Assembly (NCBI GenBank): GCA_963764205.1
Contig: CAVXRN010000001.1
Coordinates: 29,987 to 93,986 of the forward strand
Source: an uncultured Acidimicrobiales bacterium
GTDB lineage: Bacteria; Actinomycetota; Acidimicrobiia; Acidimicrobiales; UBA8190
Direction: 5' to 3'
DNA: 64,000 nucleotides
The position numbers and the translations under genes were made by a program. Of the stretch, positions 52,822 through 62,989 are shown piece by piece. Numbering within the stretch: the first letter of the stretch is position 1; each line of letters opens with the position of its first letter. The notes under the pieces are model-generated. The model was not told the origin of the DNA, searched no databases, and saw only the letters and a list, made by a program, of their open reading frames with translations.

Positions 52822-55128
52822 CTACTGCTTGGCCAGGATGGCGGCGATCTCTAGGGCTGGATTGAGCACCGGTGGGCCGGCGGTGGTGACTTCGGCCCGC
52901 ACGATGGTCCCGTTGAACGCGAACGGGGCGGAGTAGTCGTCTCCCACGGCGGGACCCCATTCGTACCCGCAGGTGAGGCCGATCCCGACCTCGTTGAAGA
53001 CCGCCGGCGTGAAGCGGTCGATCACGCCCTGTGCCACGACCGTGCCATCGAGATGCAGCGTGGCCGGGCCACCGCCGCCACCGTCGGGCTCGAAGGCGAA
53101 CTCGACGGTGTGGCGCCCCGGGCCCATGGGCTCGTCGGCGTGGATGGCGTAGCGGGCTCGTCCGTACAGGTTGTGGACATAGCGCGGCTGGCCCTCCACC
53201 ACGTGGAGGGACCAGCCACCCAGGGCACAGCCCAGCGCCAGCAGCACGCCGTTTGCCACGGTCGCCTCGGAGACGTCCACGGTGACCGAGATGGTGTGGG
53301 ACCGGTTGCAGAGCCTGACGGCCACGGTCTCGGGCACCGGCGCACCGCCCTGGAAATACCGGTACGAGTCCCTGGGGCGCCGATGGTCGGGCTTGGGGTG
53401 GGCGATCGCCTCCATGACCCGGTTGTCGAGCGGCAAGACGTCGTTGCGCCGTGCTTCGTCCCACCACCGCTCGACCAGCGCTGCCAGTCTCTCGGGGTGG
53501 ACCGAGGCGAGATCGTCGGCTTCGGACAGGTCCTCGGCAACGTGGTAGAGCTCCCACACGTCATCCTCGAAGGGCGCATTGATATTGAGCCCATCGTCGT
53601 AGAGGGGACCCACGGGGTGAAATGTCACCGCCTTCCACCCGTCGTGGTAGATGGCTCGCGACCCGAGCATCTCGAAGTGCTGCGTGAGGTGGCGGCCGGG
53701 TTCGTCGGCCCCCTCTTCACTGAGCAGGTAGGCGAAACTCGTGCCGTCGAGGTGTGACTGGGCAATGCCACCGATCGTCTGCGGTTCCCCCACCCCCACC
53801 AGGTCGAGGACCGTCGGCAGCACGTCGATGGCATGGGCGAATTGCCCGCGCACACTGTTGCCGATGGCGCCGCGTGCACTCGAGGGGAGCCGGACGATGC
53901 AGGGATCGGCGATCCCCCCTTCGTGCACCTCGCGCTTCCACCGCCGAAACGGGGTGTTGCCCGCCATCGTCCAACCCCAGGGATAGTTGTTGTGGCTCAG
54001 GGGCCCGCCGATCTCGTCGATGCGGCGGTACATCTCGCCCACTCCCGAGCCGTCGAAGTTCGAGAGACGGCCCTCGTTGATCGTGCCCTCCTTCCCACCC
54101 TCGGAGCTCGCCCCGTTGTCCGACACCACCATGACGACGGTGTTGTCGAGCTCCTCCAACTCGTCGATGAACGTCACGAGCCGGCCGATCTGCTCGTCGG
54201 TGTAGGAGAGGTACGCGGCGAAACACTCCATGAACCGCTCGGCCAGGGCCCGCTCCCGGTCGTTCAGACTCTCCCAGGCGGGGACCCACGGGGGGCGCGG
54301 TGACAGCGCCGTGCCCTCGGGAATGACGCCGAGCTCGAGCTGTCGGGCGAAGGTCTCCTCGCGCCACCGGTCCCACCCCTGGGCGAAGTGGCCGCGGTAC
54401 CGCTCGATCCACTGGCGCGGCGCATGGTGCGGGGAGTGACACGCTCCGGTGCAGAAGTAGAGGAAGTAGGGCTTGTCGACGTCGACGGCGCGGAGGTCCC
54501 CGAGGAACTCGATGGCGCGGTCGGCGAGATCGGCGCTGAGGTGGTACCCGTCCTCGGCCGAGCGGGGAGGTCGAACGGCGTGGTTGTCGTGGTACAGCGC
54601 CGGCATGAACTGGTGTGTCTCACCGCCGTGAAATCCGTACCACCGGTCGAACCCGCGGCCGAGAGGCCAGGTCGAGCGAGGGCCCGCCATGTTGGTCTCG
54701 TCCTCCGGGCTGAGGTGCCACTTCCCGATGGCGTAGGTGGCGTAGCCGCTCGCCTGGAGGATCTCCGAGAGATAGCCGTTCTCGCGAGGTGGCGTTCCCC
54801 AGTAGCCGGGGAACCCGATGGCCAGGTCGGCCACCCGTCCCATGCCGCTGCGGTGGTGGTTCCGACCCGTCAACAGGCACGCGCGCGTGGGTGAGCACAG
54901 GGCGGTGGTGTGGAAGTTGGCCAGACGGACTCCGTCGGCGGCCAGACCGTCGAGCACCGGGGTCGAGATGTCCGATCCGTAGCAGCCGAGCTGGGCGAAT
55001 CCCACGTCGTCGAGGACGATCAGTACGACGTTCGGCGCATTCGGAGGTGGCGACGGCACCGGAGGCCACCACGGCTCGGATTCGCGCCAGTCGTTTCCTA
55101 TCAGACCATGGAATTCTCGCTCAGCCAC
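52822..55128 (-). CDS. arylsulfatase (Cys-type)
   Basis: A 768-aa ORF with VLDDVGFAQLGCYGS and CSPTRACLLTGRNHH. Confidence 0.9.
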   Translation of the reverse strand: MAEREFHGLIGNDWRESEPWWPPVPSPPPNAPNVVLIVLDDVGFAQLGCYGSDISTPVLDGLAADGVRLANFHTTALCSPTRACLLTGRNHHRSGMGRVADLAIGFPGYWGTPPRENGYLSEILQASGYATYAIGKWHLSPEDETNMAGPRSTWPLGRGFDRWYGFHGGETHQFMPALYHDNHAVRPPRSAEDGYHLSADLADRAIEFLGDLRAVDVDKPYFLYFCTGACHSPHHAPRQWIERYRGHFAQGWDRWREETFARQLELGVIPEGTALSPRPPWVPAWESLNDRERALAERFMECFAAYLSYTDEQIGRLVTFIDELEELDNTVVMVVSDNGASSEGGKEGTINEGRLSNFDGSGVGEMYRRIDEIGGPLSHNNYPWGWTMAGNTPFRRWKREVHEGGIADPCIVRLPSSARGAIGNSVRGQFAHAIDVLPTVLDLVGVGEPQTIGGIAQSHLDGTSFAYLLSEEGADEPGRHLTQHFEMLGSRAIYHDGWKAVTFHPVGPLYDDGLNINAPFEDDVWELYHVAEDLSEADDLASVHPERLAALVERWWDEARRNDVLPLDNRVMEAIAHPKPDHRRPRDSYRYFQGGAPVPETVAVRLCNRSHTISVTVDVSEATVANGVLLALGCALGGWSLHVVEGQPRYVHNLYGRARYAIHADEPMGPGRHTVEFAFEPDGGGGGPATLHLDGTVVAQGVIDRFTPAVFNEVGIGLTCGYEWGPAVGDDYSAPFAFNGTIVRAEVTTAGPPVLNPALEIAAILAKQ

Positions 55129-55268
55129 CCCACTACTCCTTGTCCCACGCTGGAGTCCCTACCACCCGTCTGGGATTCCGGCCCGTCCACCTTTTCGAAC
55201 TGCGCAAGGCTACCGGCCAGCGTGCTTGCGACGCTGGGGAGGCGTCGCGATGCAATGATGCATGATCG

Positions 55269-55860
55269 ATGGTCGCCGCTCGACGAGCAACACCGGACGA
55301 CACCGAGACCGTGACCAACATCGTCACACTCGCATTCGCCCGGGATCCGCTGTGGAGTCGGGCCATGGCTCGACCCGACGGACAGACCGGGCACCACGCG
55401 GAGTTCTGGCGCCTGTTCGTCCAGGGCGCCCTTCGGTATCCCGACACATGGATCACCGACGGGGGAGAAGCCACGTCGATCTGGATTCCTCCGGGCGAAC
55501 GGGAAATGTCGGTCGAGCAAGAGGACCGTCTCGGCGTGCTCGCCCACGAGTACCTGGGCGCGGAGGCGAGCGCCTATCACGAGCTCTTGGCCCGATTCGA
55601 CGCAGCCCACCCGCGAGGAGGCGCACTACTACCTGAGCCTCTTGGGAACCCATCCCGAGCATCGCGGTCGTGGGATCGGCATGTGGCTGCTGGCTCACGA
55701 CCTTGCGCTGTTCGATTTCGAACATCGCCCTGCCTATCTGGAGTCGTCGAACCCGGCCAACAACGACCGGTATCGAACGCTGGGCTTCGAGCCCGTCGGC
55801 GAGTTCTCCTACCCCGGCGGTGGCCCGGTGGTCACGACGATGTGGCGCCCGGCCCGCTGA
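55269..55860 (+). pseudogene. GNAT family N-acetyltransferase, frame broken
   Basis: ATPDDTETVTNIVTLAFARDPLW...ARFDAAHP is in frame 0. It continues as EEAHYYLSLLGTHPEHRGRGIGMWLL... in ORF 55642..55860. There is one surplus base (or two missing bases) at ~55611-55615. Confidence 0.7.
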
Positions 55861-55988
55861 AGAAGTCCCAGGCCTCAGGCCCGTGGCGCTGCGCACGAGG
55901 CAGCCCGGCGACCATTCCATGACAGGGTCTCGCTCCTGGTGCGATGATTCGTCGGAGCACGGACCCCCCCAGTGCCCACGGAGGCGGC

Positions 55989-57422
55989 ATGGAGCGACTG
56001 ACCGGCCTGGACGCGAGCTTCTTGTACATGGAGACGCCCAGCCTCCACATGCACGTGTCGATGGCGGCGGTGTTCGACCCCTCCACCGTGCCCGGTGGCT
56101 ACTCCTTCGAGAAACTGCGTGAGCGCGTTGCGTCGCGCCTGGACCTGGCCCCGGTGTTCCGGCGGCGTCTGGTGGAGGTGCCACTCCGTCTCGGCCACCC
56201 CTCCTGGATCGAAGACCAGGATCTGGATCTCGACTACCACCTGCGCCGGGGAACGCTGCCTTCCCCCGGTGGCATCGAGGACCTGGCGCGCTACGTCGCC
56301 GAGGCGAGCAGCCGACCCCTGGACCGCTCCAAGCCGCTGTGGGAGATGAGCATCGTCGAGGGGCTCGAGCACGGCTACGTGGGTCTCGTGTCGAAGGTGC
56401 ACCACTCCGCCATCGACGGCGTGTCGGGGGCCGAGCTCTTGGCCCAGCTCTTCGACCTCGAGCCCGGCCCCCCGGCCCGGGGCGCACCCGAGCGTGCACC
56501 GGTGGCGGACACCATGCCCTCGAGCGCGCATCTGCTCGCCCAGGCACTGGCCAGTCGGCTTGCCGCCCCGCTCGGGATCACCCGTCTGTCCTGGCGGACG
56601 GGGCGATCGATGCGCAACGTGCGGCGCATCCGGCGAGCCGCCAAGGACGACAAGGGGGCACTGCCGCTCACGACCCCTCGCACGTCGCTCAACGCGGCCA
56701 TCACGGCACGTCGAGGCGTGGCGTTCGCTTCCATCTCGCTCGACCAGGTCAAGGAGCTGAAGACCGCACTCGACGTCACGGTCAACGACGTGATCCTGGC
56801 CATCTGTACCGGCGCCTTGCGCCGCTACCTCCAAGGGCGCAGCGAGTTGCCCGCCGCACCGCTCGTGGCCGCCGTGCCGGTGTCTGTCCATTCGTCGCTG
56901 GGTGACCGACGCGGCGCCAACAAGTTCTCCGCCATGTTCGTGAGCCTGCCCTGTGGCACCGACGACCCCAAAGAGCGAGTCGAGACCATCAGGTCGGTGG
57001 TGAAGGGGGCGAAGAGCGAGTACAACGCGCTGGGCGCGGACATGCTGCTCAACTGGGCCGAATACTCCTCGCCCAACTTTTTCTCCACCGCGGCGCGGAT
57101 CTACACCCGCCTGCACCTGGCCGACCACCATCGGCCCATTCAGTCCTTGTTGATCTCCAACTTTCCGGGGCCCGACTTCCCTCTCTATCTCGGCGGGGCC
57201 GAGATGGTGGCCGCCTTCCCGCTCGGTCCCGTGTTGGACGGGGCCGGCCTCAACGTGACGGTGATGAGCTATCGCGGCGTGCTCAATTGGGGGATCATCG
57301 CCTGCGCCGACACGGTGCCGGGCACCGCGGACATCGCCGCGGCCGTCCCCGAGTCACTTGACGAGCTGCGGGCCGCTGCGGGTCTCGTCCGGTCCACCCC
57401 GGCGGGTATCGCGCCGGGGTGA
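55989..57422 (+). CDS. wax ester synthase / diacylglycerol acyltransferase (WS/DGAT)
   Basis: ATG 55989 follows ggagg. It has the HHSAIDG (HHxxxDG) active-site motif. Confidence 0.9.
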   Translation: MERLTGLDASFLYMETPSLHMHVSMAAVFDPSTVPGGYSFEKLRERVASRLDLAPVFRRRLVEVPLRLGHPSWIEDQDLDLDYHLRRGTLPSPGGIEDLARYVAEASSRPLDRSKPLWEMSIVEGLEHGYVGLVSKVHHSAIDGVSGAELLAQLFDLEPGPPARGAPERAPVADTMPSSAHLLAQALASRLAAPLGITRLSWRTGRSMRNVRRIRRAAKDDKGALPLTTPRTSLNAAITARRGVAFASISLDQVKELKTALDVTVNDVILAICTGALRRYLQGRSELPAAPLVAAVPVSVHSSLGDRRGANKFSAMFVSLPCGTDDPKERVETIRSVVKGAKSEYNALGADMLLNWAEYSSPNFFSTAARIYTRLHLADHHRPIQSLLISNFPGPDFPLYLGGAEMVAAFPLGPVLDGAGLNVTVMSYRGVLNWGIIACADTVPGTADIAAAVPESLDELRAAAGLVRSTPAGIAPG

Positions 57423-57444
57423 CTGGTCGATGGCGCCCCTGGCG

Positions 57445-57840
57445 CTATCCGGGAGGGGCGAAGAACTCGAGGGCGATGTTGTCCGGGTCGCGGAACGACA
57501 AACCCGAGCCGTAGGGCGCATCGACGATTCCGCTGTTGACGACGCCGAGCTCGTTCAAGCGTCGCTCCCATTCTTCGAGCTCAGCGCGGCTGGCGCAGGA
57601 GAAGGCCAGGTGGTCCAAGCCGGGGCGACGCTCGTCGAACGCCTCGGCGCTGTGGGGGTCCGGAAACTGGTGAATACCGACGAGAGTCCCTCCCGTGAGC
57701 CAGACGACGTGGTGGAAGGGACCGGTGTCCTCGTCGATGACCGGATCGGAGCCGAAGAGCTGTCGGTACCAGGGGCGGCTGCGACCGAGGTCGCTGACGG
57801 TCAGCGCCACGTGCGTGATCGCAGGAAACTCGGGCATCAT
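57445..57840 (-). CDS. VOC (glyoxalase) family protein
   Basis: ITHVALTVSDLGRSRPWYRQLFG. Confidence 0.85.
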   Translation of the reverse strand: MMPEFPAITHVALTVSDLGRSRPWYRQLFGSDPVIDEDTGPFHHVVWLTGGTLVGIHQFPDPHSAEAFDERRPGLDHLAFSCASRAELEEWERRLNELGVVNSGIVDAPYGSGLSFRDPDNIALEFFAPPG

Positions 57841-57862
57841 GGCCTCCTTGTCATGAGATTCA

Positions 57863-57961
57863 CTACTCGCCTCGACTGGCCTTTCGCATCTTGGTTACCC
57901 CGATCCAAATGACCAGTATCGCCATGGCGGCGAAGACGATGGAGCCAACCACGTACCCCAT
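57863..57961 (-). CDS. 32-aa hydrophobic peptide (speculative small membrane protein)
   Basis: My own translation is MGYVVGSIVFAAMAILVIWIGVTKMRKASRGE. gaggag lies 5 nt upstream of ATG 57961 and the TAG stop is at 57865-57863. The ORF is below the ORF-track size cut-off. Confidence 0.3.
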   Translation of the reverse strand: MGYVVGSIVFAAMAILVIWIGVTKMRKASRGE

Positions 57962-58086
57962 TTCTGCTCCTCTCTAGGCCGACGTGCGGGAGTCTACGTG
58001 GTGGCACCACGAATCACCCCAGTCGGGTGATGGCTGTGCTCGGCACGGCTGACACCGTGGGTCCACGTCCCCGCAGGAGGTCGACC

Positions 58087-58971
58087 ATGGCTGACACAGA
58101 TCCTCTCCCGAGTTGGCGCGCCACCGGAACAAAACAGTCCATCGTGGATTTCGTGGCGGCCGTCAGCGACCGGAAGTCCGCCGAGTTCGTGCCCGACGTC
58201 GATCGGGTTGCGGTCTTCGACAACGACGGCACCCTGTGGGCCGAGATGCCGATGTACGCCCAGCTGGCCTTCGCTCTGGATCGTGCCGCCGATCTGGGGC
58301 ACCCGACGACGCCGGAGGAGCTGAAGGCGGGAGGGCTCGGCGCGGTGCTGGAACTGGTGAAGCTGACCCACGGGGACGTCACCACCGACGAGTTCGAGGC
58401 GGCGTGCCGGAAATGGGTGACGTCGGCCCGCCACCCCCGTACCGGCGGCTCCTATCTCTCTTCGGTCTATCAACCGATGCTGGAGCTTCTCAGCTTCCTC
58501 GACGGCAATGGGTTCTCGTGCTGGATCTTCTCCGGCGGTGGAGCCGACTTCATGCGGACGTGGTCGAGGGAGGCGTACGGCCTCCCACCGCACCGCGTCA
58601 TCGGCAGCATCGGGACCACCGAGTTCAAGATCGGTGACAACGGTCCCGAGCTCGTGAAGGGGACCGACCTGCAGATCCTCAACGACGGAGCGCAGAAACC
58701 GATCTCGATCCATACCCATGTGGGGCAGCGCCCGATCCTGGCGGCCGGCAACACCGACGGCGACCTGCCGATGTTGCAATGGACGGCGAGCAGCCCGTAC
58801 CGGACGCTGGAGCTGGCCATTCACCACACCGATGCCGAACGGGAGTACGCCTACGACTCCGATCCCCTCTTGGGAAGCGGAACGGGCCAGCTCTTGGCGG
58901 CTGCGTCAGAACACCGCTGGACCGTCGTCGACATGGCCACCGACTGGTCGTCGGTCTTTCCGACACCCTGA
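58087..58971 (+). CDS. HAD-superfamily hydrolase
   Basis: ATG 58087 follows aggagg. It has the VFDNDGTLW (DxDxT) motif and AAGNTDGDLPML (motif IV-like). Confidence 0.85.
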   Translation: MADTDPLPSWRATGTKQSIVDFVAAVSDRKSAEFVPDVDRVAVFDNDGTLWAEMPMYAQLAFALDRAADLGHPTTPEELKAGGLGAVLELVKLTHGDVTTDEFEAACRKWVTSARHPRTGGSYLSSVYQPMLELLSFLDGNGFSCWIFSGGGADFMRTWSREAYGLPPHRVIGSIGTTEFKIGDNGPELVKGTDLQILNDGAQKPISIHTHVGQRPILAAGNTDGDLPMLQWTASSPYRTLELAIHHTDAEREYAYDSDPLLGSGTGQLLAAASEHRWTVVDMATDWSSVFPTP

Positions 58972-59085
58972 CATTCCAACTACGCGGGTCGGTCGACATC
59001 GTCGGCACCCACGTTGCTCCAGATGAGTGTCTCGTAGTGGGGGCAGCCGTCCGGGGCTGAATCGTGGTGCGAGACGACATGCTTT

Positions 59086-59487
59086 ATGCCACTCCGGCCG
59101 CGGGTGCCCTCGCCGGATCGCTGTCCTCCGGATGGCCCGTTCGGCTTCGTCCATGTGCTTCGGGCGGCAATGGTGCTGTTGCCTCTCGCCTGCTGGACCG
59201 TCGTGGTCTCGGCCGTCCTGCACAGCACCATCGTGCAGGCGGAGGTGCCCGAGCGGTTGCGGAGCCGGATCTCGTCGGTGCAGATGGCCGTGGTCGAGGG
59301 TGGGCGTCGCCTCGGGGACCTCGAATCCGGTGCCGTTGCCACGGCGGTATCGACGCAGATCTCGACCGTCTCGGGCGGCATCGCCTGCATCGTCGGAGCA
59401 GTCGGTCTCATGGCGCTCCTGCCCGGATTCCGACGCTATGGCCGGAAAGTCGTCGAAATCCCCGGGGACGGCGCAGTCGGGTCCTAA
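59086..59487 (+). pseudogene. C-terminal remnant of an MFS (EntS/MFS_3-like) transporter
   Basis: Only ~110 aa are homologous-looking (VPERLRSRISSVQMAVVEGGRRLGDLESGAVATAV...GGIACIVGAVGLMALLPGFRRY). There is no room upstream for the missing ~300 aa, because the HAD gene ends at 58971. Confidence 0.55.
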
Positions 59488-59536
59488 CATGCAGTATCCG
59501 GTACGACTGAGCGATCGTCCGCACGAGGGGGTCCCA

Positions 59537-60100
59537 ATGTCCAACACGATTGACGGCGACTCGGCCGCAAGCATCAAAGCTGTCGGGAGAATGTGGTGGC
59601 TCCTCGCATTATTGGGCGTGATCACGCTCGGCTTCGGCATCGTGCTGACGTTCAAGCCCGGCAAGTCCGTCCACACGATCGCAATCATCTTCGCCATCTG
59701 GTTGCTGATCCTGGGCGTCTTCCGCCTGTTCGAGGCGATCGGTGCGACGGGCGAGCGAACTCCGTTGGTCGTCGTGGGTCTGCTCGCCATCCTCATCGCG
59801 ATCATCCTGTTGCATCACACGACGACGACGGTGGCCGTCCTGGGGTTCGTCATCGGGATCTTCTGGACGATCGGGGGCGTGGCTCAGCTCATGCACGGTT
59901 TCAGCGCCAACGACGGCAAGACCAGTTGGCCCGTGGTGGTGTTGGGGGTCATCTCGACCGCCATCGGCGTTCTGTGCCTGGTGTACCCGTCGCTCTCGCT
60001 GTCGATCATCTGCGTCATCATCGGGATCGGCATGATCGTCTACGGCATCGCCGAGATCATCGCCGGCTTCGAGGTTCGCAGGCTCAAGGCAGCCGTGTGA
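59537..60100 (+). CDS. HdeD-family (DUF308) membrane protein
   Basis: 187 aa from ATG 59537, with repeated DUF308-type helices (WWLLALLGVITLGFGIVL, GIFWTIGGVAQL, GIGMIVYGIAEII). Confidence 0.8.
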   Translation: MSNTIDGDSAASIKAVGRMWWLLALLGVITLGFGIVLTFKPGKSVHTIAIIFAIWLLILGVFRLFEAIGATGERTPLVVVGLLAILIAIILLHHTTTTVAVLGFVIGIFWTIGGVAQLMHGFSANDGKTSWPVVVLGVISTAIGVLCLVYPSLSLSIICVIIGIGMIVYGIAEIIAGFEVRRLKAAV

Positions 60101-60216
60101 GCGAGTGTCCGGTATAACCGTCTGATCACTCCGTTCTCACCGGCGCCGTCGTTCGATCAACGTCGCGGTCTGCAGCGTCGTCCGCCGACGTCGCGCGCCG
60201 TGCCACCATCTCCGAC

Positions 60217-60462
60217 GTGAAGCTGCGGCTGGGCATCGGATTGTGGGTGCTGTCGTGGGTGCCCTACGCCCTGATCCTCGGCCTCTCGGGGGTGTGGATC
60301 ACCCTCGCGTGGACCGTGGAGATCCTTCTTGGTCTCATCGGGCTCGCTATCGCGGGTACGGAGTTCGCCCAAGCCATCAAGGAGAAGGGGTGGAAGGGTG
60401 CGCCCGCCGTCGCCTGGCATGCATTGCTCCATGGTCAGGGCATCGATGACACCGACGCCTGA
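60217..60462 (+). CDS. small membrane protein, hypothetical
   Basis: 81 aa with a GTG start and two clear TM helices. Confidence 0.45.
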   Translation: MKLRLGIGLWVLSWVPYALILGLSGVWITLAWTVEILLGLIGLAIAGTEFAQAIKEKGWKGAPAVAWHALLHGQGIDDTDA

Positions 60463-60566
60463 GCCCTCGGTAGCCGGCGACGCGGTTGCCAGGACGAGAA
60501 AAAAGGAGAAGGCTCCCCTCCTGAGAGCCAGCTGTGTTCTCCCAGACCCAGAGAGGACGGCGTGCT

Positions 60567-62141
60567 ATGGCCAGCCCGGACAAGCGCAATGCGCTCGACC
60601 ACATTGTCGTCGTGATGTTCGAGAACCGGTCCCTCGACAACGTCCTCGGTCACCTCTATGGCCCCGAGGACGGCAAGACCTTCGAGGGGGTCATCGGCAA
60701 GAACCTGAGCAACCCGATCCCGGAATGGGCTGAGCACGGGGCCGAGCGCAAGGTGGTGCACTACACCGTGGCGACGGACATGGACAGTCCCAACCCCGAC
60801 TCGGGGGAGGAGTATCCGCACACCAACACCCAGCTCTACAACATCTTGAACGAGCAGAATCGGTTCAAGTTGGCCGAGGAGATCACGGCGCCCTACAACG
60901 CGCCCGAGCCTGGTCAGACGCCGACGATGGACGGCTTCGTGACCGACTACATCTCCACGCTCACGGCGGAGTTGGGCCGTCAGCCCATCTACGAGGAGTA
61001 CTCGCAGATGATGACCGGGTTCACGCCCGAGCAGATTCCTGTCCTGAACGGATTGGCTCGTGCCTTCGGCGTGTTCGACCATTGGTTCTGCGAGGTGCCG
61101 TCCCAGACCTTCATGAACCGGTCGTTCTGGACAGCGGCGACCTCGTCGGGCTTCGTCGTGAACAAGCCGGTGAAGAAGTGGATCGCCCAGAACGACGCGG
61201 AGACGATCTTCGAGCGGCTGGAAGAGCACGGCAAGACGTGGAAGGTATACGTGGCCGAACCGGATCAGTTCTCTGCCACGGGATTGATCCACTACCCCCG
61301 CCTCAAGGATCGCTTCGCCACGCACTTCCTGCCGTTCTCGGCCTTTGAGGCCGATGCCGCGGCCGGGAACCTGCCCGACTTCTCGTTCATCGAGCCCTGC
61401 CTGATCCTCGGGCACGGGGACTACCACCCTGCGGTGTCGCGGGCCCTGGGCCATGGGGTCGTGCTCGACAACGTCGACCCGCCGTCGTCGATCCTGGGCG
61501 GTGAGGCGTTGCTGTCCCGGATCTACGACGCATACAAGGCGATGCAGTCCACCGAGGGCTCCAACGTCTGGAACACGGCCCTGCTGATCGGCTGGGACGA
61601 GCCGGGCGGCACCTACGACCACGTGCCTCCACCGGCGGTGCCGCCGCCCGATCCGGCCGCACCGGCAGGGGAGTTCGGCTTCACGTTCGACCGCTCGGGC
61701 TACCGGGTTCCTGCCATCATCGTGTCGCCGTGGGTGGAGTCGGGCTCGGTCTTCAACGAGGAGTACCGCCACACGTCGCTGATCGCCACGCTTCGCGAGC
61801 GGTGGGACCTGGGCAAGCCGCTCACGGCCCGAGACGCGGCGGCCCGGTCGTTCTCCTCGGTCTTCACCCTCGACACCCCGAGGGATCCGAAGACGTGGCC
61901 GGACATCGAAGCGCGACCCGTGCCCCAGTACATCCAGGATGCGCTGGCTCTGGGCCAGACCATCTCCATGCTGGGCCAGGCGGTCTTCGACGGGATCCGG
62001 GGCTTCGCAGAGCAGAACAACATCGAGATCGAGGGACTGCCGAAGGATCCTAAGGCTGCCATCCCCCCGGAGAAGGCGCTGGAGATCATCCGGAACTTCC
62101 TGGCGCTGAGCTTCCCCCTGCTTGATCCGAGCGTCCGATGA
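60567..62141 (+). CDS. phosphoesterase family protein (phospholipase C / acid phosphatase type)
   Basis: ATG 60567 follows gagagga. The DHIVVVMFENRSLDNVLG signature is present. Confidence 0.85.
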   Translation: MASPDKRNALDHIVVVMFENRSLDNVLGHLYGPEDGKTFEGVIGKNLSNPIPEWAEHGAERKVVHYTVATDMDSPNPDSGEEYPHTNTQLYNILNEQNRFKLAEEITAPYNAPEPGQTPTMDGFVTDYISTLTAELGRQPIYEEYSQMMTGFTPEQIPVLNGLARAFGVFDHWFCEVPSQTFMNRSFWTAATSSGFVVNKPVKKWIAQNDAETIFERLEEHGKTWKVYVAEPDQFSATGLIHYPRLKDRFATHFLPFSAFEADAAAGNLPDFSFIEPCLILGHGDYHPAVSRALGHGVVLDNVDPPSSILGGEALLSRIYDAYKAMQSTEGSNVWNTALLIGWDEPGGTYDHVPPPAVPPPDPAAPAGEFGFTFDRSGYRVPAIIVSPWVESGSVFNEEYRHTSLIATLRERWDLGKPLTARDAAARSFSSVFTLDTPRDPKTWPDIEARPVPQYIQDALALGQTISMLGQAVFDGIRGFAEQNNIEIEGLPKDPKAAIPPEKALEIIRNFLALSFPLLDPSVR

Positions 62142-62965
62142 CCGCGGAGCAGGCAGTACCCACGCCGAGCCCGCTGGGGCCGCTGGCTCGCTACGAGCAG
62201 GGCGTCATCGACCGCATCACTGACTTCAACGACCCCAACCAGGAGTGGCGTCGCCTGTTCTCCGAGCTGCTGGGCACGTTCTTCTTGGTGCTCGTGGCGG
62301 CGGGTGGCGGGATGATGGGCCAGGCCTTCCCGGGGACGATCAGCCGGACGGCGGCGGTGGTGGCCCCGGCGCTCATGGTCATGGCCATCATCTTGTTCAT
62401 GGGCAAGGTGTCTGGTGCGCACCTGAACCCGGCGGTGAGCATCGCCTTCGCCCTGCGTCGGGACTTCCCCTGGTGGCGCGTCCCGGGTTACATCGTGACC
62501 CAGCTGGCCGGGGCCACCCTGGCCGCGCTCTTCCTGCGGGCGGTGGTCAACGTCTCGGCCAAGTACGGGAGCAACTATCCCGCCCACGGCTACTCCGACA
62601 TGGCCGCGTTCTGGATGGAGCTCATCTTGACCATGGGACTGGTGAGCGTGATCCTGGGCACGGCGTCGGGGGCCCAGAACATCGGCGTCATCGGTGCCTT
62701 CGGCGTGGGCGGCTACATCGCCCTGGCGGGGTTGTGGGGCAGTCCCATCTCGGGAGCCTCGATGAACCCGGCCCGCACCTTCGGGCCCGACCTCGTGGGC
62801 AAGACCTTCACCGGCTACTGGGTGTATGTGGCCGGGCCCATCGCCGGCGCGGTCCTGGCGGTCGGCATCGCGTTCGTCCTACGCGGGCGCGGTGGCGGCA
62901 AGTCCGGCGCCGGTGCGGCGCAGGGCGACCTGTTCACCGAGGTCTACGAGTCGGGCCACTCCTGA
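62138..62965 (+). CDS. MIP/aquaporin family channel
   Basis: It has two NPA boxes (SGAHLNPAVS and SGASMNPART). It has an ATGA overlap with the phosphoesterase gene. Confidence 0.9.
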   Translation: MTAEQAVPTPSPLGPLARYEQGVIDRITDFNDPNQEWRRLFSELLGTFFLVLVAAGGGMMGQAFPGTISRTAAVVAPALMVMAIILFMGKVSGAHLNPAVSIAFALRRDFPWWRVPGYIVTQLAGATLAALFLRAVVNVSAKYGSNYPAHGYSDMAAFWMELILTMGLVSVILGTASGAQNIGVIGAFGVGGYIALAGLWGSPISGASMNPARTFGPDLVGKTFTGYWVYVAGPIAGAVLAVGIAFVLRGRGGGKSGAGAAQGDLFTEVYESGHS

Positions 62966-62989
62966 ACACCCGACGGTAGTCTCGCCGCC

